Below are positions 1-11,089 of a stretch of 64,000 bases of DNA, piece by piece. The first letter of the stretch is position 1. Every line of letters starts with the position of its first letter. A model generated the notes under the pieces. That model saw nothing but the letters and a program-made list of their open reading frames with translations, did no database searches and was not told the origin of the DNA. A program made the position numbers and the translations under genes. The DNA is taken from contig JBHGNT010000008.1 of assembly GCA_043228905.1 (NCBI GenBank), forward strand, positions 8,866,001 to 8,930,000. Reading direction: 5' to 3'. This DNA comes from Azolla caroliniana (taxonomy: Eukaryota > Plantae > Polypodiophyta).

Positions 1-1496
1 TGCCTCCTTTGTTCAGTCCGGTGTGGTTGACGTTGTGTGTCCATGCTGCGGACTGCGGGAGTGGCTCTGTTTAACATATTGTATTCGCATTGGTCGACTG
101 TGTGAGCCTTCGAGTGGCAGATTGGGCAGTGGATTCGCATATTGCAGTCCACTGCGGAATGCCCCGAGTTCAAGCAAATCGTGCACCAGATTTCTTGATG
201 AAACTAGCGTTCCTCATCCTGAGGTAATGCTTGTCGTAAGGAGGACATAGAAAACCTTTCCTCCTCGTCATCCAACTCGAGTTGTAACGCTCGTTCAATT
301 ACCATATCCGTCGTTTCCCCTTTCACGCTATTGTTGTTGAGCGTTGCCCGGATGGGCCGGCGTAAAGCTGCCAGATATGTTTCCCAAGCCTCGTCTTCCG
401 CAAGGCTCCGTTCCAGTTTCCGTCGTAAATTTTGGAAACGTAAGCTGAAGTCCGCTATCATCTCGGTCGGCAGTTGCTTAATCGTATAAAACTGTCCGAG
501 GATTTCGCGTTGTAGAACCCTCCGATGGAAGAATCGCAAGAAGGCGGACTGCAGCTGATCGAAGGTTGTTATTGCTGGTAAATCCATCTGTGAATGCCAA
601 AACGCCGCTCGCCCATCTAATTTTAACCCGAACTCCATCATTTCGATTGGTGTGCCACCGCCTCTGAAAGGCTCTACGCCATGTGGTTCGCATTCCAGAC
701 ATTCAGGAACATGCGAATATGCGTTGCGGCGTCGGTTTCGCCGTTAAAGCGAGGGTAGGCAAAGGCCATGGTGGGGGCTACGGCGGGTCGGGAAAGACCA
801 CCGGGTGGTTGTGGTGAGCGTAGTCCCTGCGTCTCGTTGAGGTGTTTGGAGAGCGAAGAATCACCTTTGTACTCACGGCAGGTAGTACTGAGGTTGCTGA
901 GGCGCGGCTTTTGCCGTGCGCGTTCTTCTGTCTGGCGTGTGACGGACCTTATGATTGGCCAGTCTTGTCGTGTTGGTTCTCTGGGGGGTCTGTGGCTAAA
1001 CATCCATTCGTCGTTGTTCGTCAATGAGAAGACACAGATCACCAAGCGTGCCAAAAGTGTTGCTGATTAGGAACACGGTCCTCGGTCAGTCCTTCGACCT
1101 AGACCTCCAAGTGGGTGTGGAACAACGAATAGGCGTCTAAGCGTAATGCGTAGGGGAATGTTCCCCGTAACCTATCAGCGTATAAGGGAGACGGCTACAA
1201 CTGAATCCTTTGCAAAGGTTACACTTACATTCTTACAAGCTTAGATCTTCAAGACACACACAGTGGATTAGCCGTAGCTATACACAGAGAATTAGAGAAG
1301 ATAGAATTCTACTATGAGACGTTTCTTACATTCCCAAAATTACACGCTCCCGCTATCAGAGGTTTTCTACCCTTTATATACGCAGGGTCTATTTGGTCGT
1401 TCACGCTTCCTGCGTGAACCATTACATGCGTTATGATCTTATATTATTTCTTATTCCTACGCTCTTGTCCGTCGGTTACTATTCCAGCGGACAACA
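1..1496 (-). mobile_element. 5' end of non-chromovirus Ty3/Gypsy element (5' LTR 1058-1496, PBS, disrupted gag); runs off the window start
   Basis: LTR bounded by TGTTG...CAACA (1058-1496). On the minus strand the LTR is followed by cttt-TGGCACGCTTGGTG (tRNA-Arg-like PBS). ORFs 674-1054 and 204-641, plus GHSAVDC..CPICHSKAHTVDQCEYN read near 70-160, align by eye with the gag of Gypsy H (49312-52170). Confidence 0.85.
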
Positions 1497-1924
1497 ATTC
1501 TTGTGTGGCGGAAGAGATGTGTGTTATGTGTATGTGTGAGAGGAATTAGAGGAGAGAAGAGAGAACACAAGATAGATAAGTTAGAGAAATGAAATACTCA
1601 AGAAGAAGAAGATGTATATTCACAAGTAGTATAGCAAATACAAATTGTAGCATTACAAGGAGTCACAACCGACTTAATATGAAGTATGAGGAGGGTGCTT
1701 TATATAGAGCAAGGTTGTTAGGTACGTTAGGTATGGTACAGATACCATACGTATATAACGTATTAATACGCGTATAGTACCTTCCAATTTAAAAATACGT
1801 TAAATACGTTTTCTTAATATGTTAAATACTTATAAAATATGTATTTTACGTATTTTACGTATAGTACGTTAAATACTTCTAGAATTTGAAAATTATTTAC
1901 CTTTCTAAACAATATCTATATATT
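1497..1924 (-). repeat. Probable LTR fragment of an unrelated retroelement
   Basis: Minus-strand CTCTATATAAAG TATA-like box, CT-rich tract and AT-rich TACGT repeats. No partner copy in the window. Confidence 0.35.
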
Positions 1925-2612
1925 GTAAAAATCTTGTCTTCCATGAAAAGTATGTCCCTACTCCAGATCACTTTCTTTTCGGCTAGGCTCCACAGCCGAT
2001 AGCTAAACGGATCATCATCGTACCCAATAAATATACATGGTTGAGTTTTCAAGTCTAGTTTTGTTAGGAAACAAGTCCCTCCGGATGGGAAGGGAGAAGA
2101 ACCGTGTTGATGAGCAACTCGGCCTAGGCCGAAACTGGAAATCGTGGAGATAGCCAACACGGAAGGCTAAGTTTGTAAATAGTCTGAATATGCCCTCGTG
2201 GGCTAAACTTGTAAATAGTCGAAAGGTTACTTAGGGCAATCATGTTAGATAAGTGCGTTATTGTAAAGTTACAGTTGACGTTGTTGTTGCCTCTGTAACT
2301 GTGAGAGTGAACAAGTGTGAGTGGAAGCGTGTGAGCTCCATAGCCGCCTGTTGGCGAAGCAGGATCTCGAGGTCATTGCCTCTGAGATCTCTGATTGTAT
2401 TCCTTTCTCTCATAGTGTTCTTTTTCGGAGTTTGTGGACTCCATGTGGTTTTTTCCCAGTTCGGGTTTCCACATTAAAATCTGTGTCATTCTCAGGTCCT
2501 ATATTCTGTTTTTCCTTTCCATTAGATTGACTATTATTCTGCACACGTACAACCGGTAGTGGTTGGCAACGATTTTAACTTCAAACTGTTATCAGAGCGA
2601 GCAACACAGAAA

Positions 2613-5600
2613 ATGGAAGGAGGCAGGAACAGCTTCCCAGGTATGATGGTTCTAAATTCACAGAACTATGCAGACTGGAAGATTAAGATGGAAGACCTTC
2701 TCATTGTAAAAGACCTATACGAGCCAATCGACAGATCGGAAATACCAAAGGGGGTATTGGAGTCGGATTGGAAGCTTCTGAATAGGAAAGCCGTGGCCAC
2801 TATCCGAAAGTGTGTCGACATAAGTGTCCTTCAGCACGTGGCGAACGACACGAATGCCCATGAGATGTGGCAGAAGCTGTCAGGTCTTTATGAGAGGAAG
2901 AATGCGCTCAACAGAACCTCATTGATGAGGAAAATAGTAAACCTAAAATATAGAGACGGCGAGAGCATGGTTGAACACATAAGCACATTCATGGGGTATG
3001 TAAATCAACTTGCAGCGATCAAGTTCCCCTTGGATGGTGCAATGCAGGCAATCATGTTGATGTGTACGTTGCCGGAAAGCTAGGAGAACTAGGTGGTTAC
3101 TCTCAACACCTCCTACCAAGAAGAGAACTTGTCTTTGCAGACAGTGAAGACAAGCATCCTGAACGAGGAGGCGCGTCGGAAGGACAAGGAACAGATCCCC
3201 GACTAAAAAGCGCTCCTTTCCGAATCGGAACGTGGAAGACAAAGGAACCAGAGTCCCCAGAACCGGGAAAAATCGGGGACACGGTCAAAGTCAAGAGGGA
3301 GGCCTACTTGCTTCTACTACGGGAAGCTGGGGCACTTCCAGAAGAACTGTCGGCATTTCCGGAAAGACAAGGAAATCGACAATACCGATTCGAAGAAGTC
3401 ATCGGACCGAAACGGTTCGGATCGGCAAGGGCAGGCCCAGAAAGGAATAACGGCAATCGCAGCAAACAATAAGGAGCTAATGCTTATCACCAAGGAGAGT
3501 GAGCTGAACCTTGCCGGCGACGAGATGACCTGGGTGGTCGATTCCGGAGCGTCGTTCCACCTGACCCCGGATAGAAAATGCTTCTCATCCTACTCAGTTG
3601 GTGACCACGGCCGTGTTCGGATGGGGAATGATGGTACATGCCGAATTGTCAGCATAGGAGATGTGTGGTTGACGACATCAACTAGATGGAAGATGCTGTT
3701 GAAGGATGTTCGACATGTTCCGGACGTTCGATTGAACCTAATATCAGTCGGTCGGCTAGATGATGAAGGCTACACGGGTAACATCCGGAACAATGTTATG
3801 AAGTTCAGCAAAGGGAGCCTGATTGTGGCTCGGGCCCGAAAGGTAAACACGTTGTACCTGATGAATGCCCGGTTATGTCCGGAGGAAGTGAACGTGGCAT
3901 CCGACACTGCCGGTGAGCTGTGGCACAAGAGGCTGTGCCACATGAGCGAGAAGGGGATGAAGAGGCTTACAGAAGACAACCTCATTCCAGTGAAGAACGT
4001 GCACTTGGAGAAGTGCACTGATTGTCTAGCCGGTAAACAAAACCAGACCTCCTTCCGATCGAGGCCACCGATGAGACGTAATGCACCACTGGAGTTGGTG
4101 CATACTGATGTGTGTCAAGTGGACACGAAGTCACATGCCAGATTGCAGTACTTCGTGACGTTCATAGATGACCACAGTCGGAAGCTGTGGGCCACACCGT
4201 TGAAGACGAAGGATCAGGTGCTATCCATCTTCAAAGAGCTCCACGCGAGAGTGGAAAGAGAAACCGGCCGGAAGCTGAAGGCGGTTCCAGCATATAACGG
4301 AGGTGAATACCGTGGGCAGTTCGAGGAGTACTGTCGCTCGAAGGGAATCCGGCTCGAATTTACCGTGCCGAAGACGCCGGAACTAAACAGGTTGGCCGAG
4401 AGGATGAACCGGACCATAATGGAGAGGGTCCGGAGTATGTTGGCGCATGCAAAACTACCCAACAAGTTTTGGGCTGAGGCACTGTCGACGGCGACATATG
4501 TGATAAACAGATCACCCTCAGTACCCTTGGACAGAGACACGCCACAGAGAGTCTGGACCAGTAAGGAAGTGTCCTACCGGCATCTGAAGGTATTCCGGTG
4601 TCTTGCGTATGTGCATGTACTTAAGGACCGGAGAAGAAAACTAGATCCGAAGACCCAACCATGCATATTCCTCAGTTACGGCGACGATGAGTTTGGCTAC
4701 GGAGTGTGGGACCTAGTCGACAAGAAGGTATTCCGAAGTCGAGATATTATCTTCATGGAGGACAAGACGCTCGCCGACTGGGAGTCGGAGAAGAAGATAA
4801 TGAACTCCGAGTCGACCGGTAAGGATCGACTCTACGATGAGCAGACCCAACTGGCAAGAGACCGGTTAGCACTCGAGGAACCAGCCGGTTACGGTGAGGA
4901 TACCGAACCGGCAGAAGAAGAAGTAGAGGAAGCTGAAACCGGAACCAGCCAAGACCCCGAATCGGATTCGGATGAAGAGCAAATGGAGGAGCCGGTTACC
5001 GAAGCCCAGAGACGGAGATATCCTCTCCAAAGAGAGAAGGCCCCCCCGAAGATTTCCGGATGCATAGCATGTGCTGTTAACCGATGAGGGGGAGCCAAAA
5101 AGCTTCGAAGAAGCGAAGGATGACACCCACAACCGCAAATGGTTAAGTGCCATGTAGGATGAGATGGATTCCCTGCATGAGAACCATACGTACGAATTGG
5201 TGGAGTTGCCGAAAGGAAAGCGGGCACTCCGAAATAAGTGGGTGTACAAGTTGAAACCGGGAGATGTCGGCAACCCCCCGAGATACAAAGCCAGGATCGT
5301 GGTGAAGGGGTTCCAACAGAAGAAGGGCGTGGACTTCGACGAGATATTTGCCCCGGTAGTAAAAATGACCTCCATCCGGACGGTGCTGAGTATAGCGGCA
5401 AGCATGGACCTCGCGGTAGAGCATCTAGACGTGAAGACAATCTACATGCAGCGACCGGAAGGATTCGTGGAGAAAGGGAAGGAGCACCTAGTTTGTCGGT
5501 TGAAGAAGAGCCTCTACGGGTTGAAGCAGGCCCCTCGACAATGGTACCGGAAGTTCGACTCCTTCATGACCGATCAAGGGTACCACAAGACGTAGGCCGA

Positions 5601-6626
5601 TCACTCCGTGTTTGTGAAGAAGTTCGAAGGAGGCGACTTCCTGATACTCCTTCTGTACGTGGACGACATGTTGATCGTCGGACGGGACCAAGCCAAAATA
5701 CGGATGCTGAAGAAGGCTCTCAACCGGACCTTCTCAATCAAAGACTTGGGTCCGGCAAGACAGATGCTCGGGATGGATATCATCCAGAACCGGCCAACGA
5801 AGCAATTGTGGTTGTCACAGGAGAAGTACGTGACAAAGGCGCTTTAGCGGTTCAACATGTTAGGAGCGAAACCGGTCGGATCGACACTCCCGGCAAACTG
5901 CAGATTGTCCGGTAAGCAAAGCCCGAAGACGAAAGCAAAGAAGGATGATATGATGAAGGTTCCATATACCTCTGCCGTCGGGAGCTTAATGTACGCAATG
6001 GTGTGTACCCGACCGGATATAGGATACGCAGTCGGAGTGGTGAGCCGGTTTATGAGCAATCCCGGCAAGGAGAACTGGAACGCGGTCAAATGGATACTCC
6101 GGTACTTGAAGGGCACTTCAAATATGTGTCTCCGATTCGGCTCCGATAAACCTCAACTTGACAGTTTTACCGATTCGGACATGTCGGCTGATGTGGATAC
6201 CAGCCGGTCTACATCCGGGTATGTAATGACATATGCAGGCAGAGCTGTTTCATGGCAGTCAAGACGGTTGCGTTGTCAACCACAGAGGCGGCGGAGTACA
6301 TGGCGGATGTGGAAGCCGGCAAGGAAATATTATGGATGAAGAACTTCATCGGAGAGCTCGGTATCCAGCAAGATGAATACCAGCTCTATTGCGACAATCA
6401 AAGTGCCATCCACCTTGCTAAGAATGCGGCCTACCATTCCCGGACGAAGCATATCCAGCGTAGGTATCACTGGATCCGGGAAAGAGTAGATGACCAGGAG
6501 TTCGCGCTGACGAAGATCCACACGGCCGAGAACGGGTCAGATATGCTGACCAAAGTACTGACACCTGACAAGCTGGATGCATGTCGGGAGCAGGTCGGAC
6601 TAGTAAGACACCCCATGCCGGAGTGA
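2613..6626 (+). pseudogene. Copia gag-pol (gag, protease DSGA, integrase, RT YVDD, RNase H) with stops and frameshifts
   Basis: ORFs 2559-3083, 3480-5087 (WVVDSGAS, WHKRLCH, ELVHTDVC), 5164-5595, 5608-5847 (LYVDDML), 5857-6339, 6252-6626 (CDNQSAI). Copia domain order. Confidence 0.93.
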
Positions 6627-6636
6627 AGGGGGAGTT

Positions 6637-6913
6637 TGTTAGGAAACAGGTCCCTCCGGATGAGGAGTACCCGGAAACAAAAGACCCGGTGCGAACCGGA
6701 TGATGAGTGCCCGGCAAGCGCCGAATGATGCAGGCCCGATGAGGACTGCTCACCGGATGAAGGGACATATTGGTAAATATGTTTCTGAGAGTCCATTGGG
6801 GCTATATTTGTAAATAGCCAAAAAGTCATTTTAGTATAAATATGACTTAGGGAAAATTGAGAATAAGGTTGTTGTTGTCATTCTTGTTGGCGCAAGATTA
6901 GAGCGTAACAGTG

Positions 6914-6953
<40 letters not shown>

Positions 6954-7240
6954 AACGAAGAGTTCGTATCTCTGTTGTAACCGCCGCTTGTGGCGAAGAT
7001 CGTGAGCACGAGGTCGTTGCCTCCATGAGCTCACTATTGTAATTATTGTTACATAGTGATAGTTTGGAGTCTGTGGGTTGTTGTGGTTTTCTTTTCCCTA
7101 GTTTGGGTTTTTCCACGTTAACATCTTGTGTACTCTTCTCTCCATTGTGTCGTGCATTCATTCCTGTTTTTTTTTCTGTGTTTGATTCTAAGCTTGGTTG
7201 TGGCCGAGCGTTGTTCATCGGGAGTGCGTAGTTCCTGACA
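6637..7240 (+). repeat. Copia LTR type B (forward), preceded by PPT
   Basis: TGTTAGG...CCTGACA. Differs from the outer LTRs after ~25 bp. Reverse complement of 9757-10388. Confidence 0.9.
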
Positions 7241-10043
7241 TCTGGCTCCTCCTCATCGGTTAGCAACACGTGCTCTGGATCCGGAAATCTCCAGGGGGCC
7301 CTTCTCTCTCTGAGAGGATATCTGCGTCCTTGGGCTTTGGTAACCAGCTCCTCCATTTGCTCTTCATTCGAATCCGATTCAGGGTTTTGTCCGGTTTTGG
7401 TTTCACCTATTTCTTCTTCTTCGGCCGGTTTTGTCTCCTCACCGTCACCGGTCGGTTCATTGAGTGCTAACTGGCTTCTTGCCAGTTGGAACTGCATTTC
7501 ATTAAATCGAAATTTTTCCTTACCGGTCAACTCAAAGTTCATTATCTTCTTCTCCGACTCCCAGTCGGTGAGCGTCTTGTCCTCCATGAAGATAATATCT
7601 TGACTCCGGAATACTTTCTGGTCGACCCTCCCACACCTGGTAGCCGAACTCATCGTCGCCGTAACCGAGGAATATGCATGGCCGGGTCTTCGGATCTAAC
7701 TTTCTTCTCCGGTCCTTAGCTACATGCACGTACGCAAGACACCGGAATACCTTCAGATGCTGGTAGGACACTTCCTTACCGGTCCAGACTCTCAGCGGCG
7801 TGTCTCCGTCCAAGGGTACTTAGGATGATCTATTTATCACATATGTCGCCGTCGACAATGCCTCAACCCAAAACATCTTGGGTAGTTTGCATGCGCCAGC
7901 TTACTCCGGACCCTCTCCATTATGGTCCAGTTCATCCTCTCGGTTTGCCTGTTTAGTTCCGGTGTCTTCGGCACCGTAAATTCGAGCCGGATTCCATTTG
8001 AGCGGCAGTACTCCTCGAACTGCCCCCGGTATTCTCCTCCGTTAAATGCTCGAACCGCCTTCAACTTCCGGCCGGTTTCTCTTTCCACTCTCACGTGGAG
8101 CTCTTTGAAGATGGATAGCACCTGATCCTTCGTCTTCAACGGTGTGGCCCACAGCTTCCGACTGTGGTCATCTATGAACGTCACGAAGTACTGCGATCTG
8201 GCATGTGACTTCGTGTCCACTTGACACACATCAGTATGCACCAACTCCAGTGGTGCATTACGTCTCATCGGTGGCCTCGATCGGAAGGAGGTCTGGTTTT
8301 GTTTACCGGCCAGACAATCAATGCACTTCTCCAAGTGCACGTTCTTCACTGGAATGAGGTTGTCTTCTGCAAGCCTCTTCATCCCCTTCTCGCTCATGTG
8401 ACACAGCCTCTTGTGCCACAGCTCACCGGCAGTGTCGGATGCCACGTTCACTTCCTCCGGACATAACCGGGCATTCATCATGTATAGCGTCGTGTTTACC
8501 TTTCGGGCCCGAGCCACAATCAGGCTCCCTTTGCTGAACTTCATAACACCGTTCCGGATGCTACCCGTGTAGCCTTCATCATCTAGCCGACCGGCTGATA
8601 TCAGGTTCAGACGAACCTCTGGAACGTGTCGGACATGCTTCAGCAGCAGCTTGCATCCGGTTGGCGTTGTCAACCACATGTCTCCTATGCCGACTATTCG
8701 GCATGTACCTTCATTCCCCATCCGGACACAACCGTGATCACTGGCTGAGTAGGATAAGAAGCATTTCCAGTCCAGGGAAAGGTGGAACGACGCTCCGGAG
8801 TCGACAACCCAGGTCATCTCATCGCCAGGAAGGTTTAGCTCACTCTCCTCGGTGATGAGCATCAACTCTTCTTCACTTGCCGCGATTGTCGTCATTCCCT
8901 TCGAGTCCGGCCCCCTTCGGTCTTTACCGTTCCGGTCCGGTGTCCACTTCGAATCGGTACCGTCGGTTTCCTTGTCTTTTCGGAAATGCCGACAGTTCTT
9001 CTGGAAGTGTCCCGGCTTTCTACAATAGAAGCAAGTAGGCCTCCCCCTTGACTTTGACCGTGTCCCCGACTTCTCCCGGTTCTGGGGACTACGGTTCCTT
9101 TGTCTTCTGCGATCCGATTCAGTAAGGAGCGCTTTGGTGTCGGAGCTCGTATCCTTATCTTTCCGACACGCCTCCTCATCTAGCAAGCTCGACTTCACTC
9201 TTGCCAGGGATAACCGTTTCCCTTCCGGCCTGGCGTTGCCCAAAGTGACAACCAACGTCTCCCAGCTATCCGGGAGGGAACCGAGAAGGAGTAGCGCTAG
9301 TACCTCATCGGCGAGAGGTACTTCCAATGATGTTGCATGGTGTATCAGCCCCTGGAAGGCATTCATGTGCTCCTCCATGCTAGAGCCATCTTAGTACCGG
9401 AGTCTTACTAGCTTCCGAAATACCGAAACCTGGTTAATAACATTTTTGTTCTGAAACATAATGTTGATCTTCTCCCAGAGCTCATGAGCCTTGCTCTCTT
9501 CATTGAAGTTGTTGTATAGGCTCATGTCGATGAAGCACCGTATGTACGCCATTGTCTTCATGTGCATCACCTCCCATATCGTGGCGTCGATTTTGTCCGG
9601 TCTCTTGTCCCCGAACTGAACCGGCAACCAAAGATCTTTAACCACGAGCATGTCCCTCATCTTCGACTTCCACACAGAATAATTGGAGCCGGTGAGCTTG
9701 AACATGCCTCCCAACGATTCGTCCATTTTCTGTGTCGTTTTGCTCTAATACCACTTTGTCAGGAACTACGCGCTCCCGATGAACAACACTTGGCCACAAC
9801 CAAGCTTAGAATCAAACACAGAAAAAAAAACGGGAATGAATGCACGACACAATGGAGAGAAGAGTACACAAGATGTTAACGTGGAAAAACCCAAACTAGG
9901 GAAAAAAAAACCATGGCAGCCCACAGACTCCAAACTATCACTATGTAACAATAATTACAATAGTGAGCTCATGGAGGCAACGACCTCGTGCTCACGATCT
10001 TCGCCACAGGCGGCGGTTACAACAGAGATACGAACTCTTCGTT

Positions 10044-10081
<38 letters not shown>

Positions 10082-10388
10082 CACTGTTGCGCTCTAATCT
10101 TGCGCCAACAAGAATGACAACAACAACCTTATTCTCAGTTTGCCCTAAGTCATATTTATACTAAAATGACTTTTCGGCTATTTACAAATATAGCCCCGAT
10201 GGACTCTCAGAAACATATTTACAAATATGTCCCTTCATTCGGTGAGCACTCCTCACCGAGCCTGCATCATCTAGCGCTTGCCGGGCACTCATCATCCGGG
10301 TCTTCCGTTTCCGGGTACTCCTCATCTGGTTCTCACCGGGTCTTCCGTTTCCGGGTACTCCTCATCCGAAGGGACCTGTTTCCTAACA
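7241..10388 (-). mobile_element. Inverted 5' half of a Copia B element (5' LTR 9757-10388, PBS, gag, PR, IN)
   Basis: PBS complement GCTCTAATACCA at 9742-9753. ORFs 9391-9726, 7837-9378, 7532-7813. Ends at EHVLLTDEEEP (TCTGG, 7241-7245). Confidence 0.92.
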
Positions 10389-11089
10389 CCAGAAAGCTTC
10401 GAGGAAGCTAAAAGTGACGCCCATAGCCGCAAATGGTTAAGTGCCATGTAGGATGAGATGGATTCCCTGCATGAGAACCATACGTACGAATTGGTGGAGT
10501 TGCCGAAAGGAAAGCGGGCACTCCGAAACAAGTGGGTGTACAAGTTGAAACCGGGAGATGCCGGCAACCCCCCGAGATACAAAGCCAGGATCGTGGTGAA
10601 GGGGTTCCAGTAGAAGAAGGGTGTGGCCTTCCACGAGATATTTGCCCCAGTAGTAAAGATGACTTCCATCCGAACGGTGCTGAGTATAGCGGCAAGCATG
10701 GACCTCGAGGTAGAGCAGCTGAACGTGAAGGACCTCATCGGAGGCGGAGTACATGGCGGCTGTTGAAGCCAGCAGGGAAATATTATGGATGAAGGACCTC
10801 ATCGGAGAGCTCGGTATCCAGCAAGATGAATATCGGCTCTATTGCGACAGTCAAAGTGCCATCCACCTTGCTAAGAACGCAGCATACCATTCCAGGACGA
10901 AGCACATCCAGCGTAGGTATCACTGGATCCGGGAGTGAGTAGAAGATCAAGAGTTCGCGCTGACGAAGATCCACACGGCCGAGAACGGGTCAGATATGCT
11001 GACCAAAGTACTGATACCCAACAAGTTGGATGCATGTCGGAAGCAGGTTGGACTAGTAAGACATCTCATGCCGGAGTGAAGGGGGAGTT
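10389..11089 (+). pseudogene. Copia RT start and RNase H with large internal RT deletion
   Basis: Starts CCAGAAAGCTTCGAG (PESFE), then MDSLHENH..., jumps at ~10730 to AEYMAAVEA..CDSQSAIHLAK, ends at PPT. Confidence 0.9.

Noticed and set aside
4866-5440. Long antisense ORFs recurring in Copia copies (also 45245-45760, 35854-36375)
   Set aside because: Shadow frames of GC-rich pol; ends vary among copies and no domain is recognisable.
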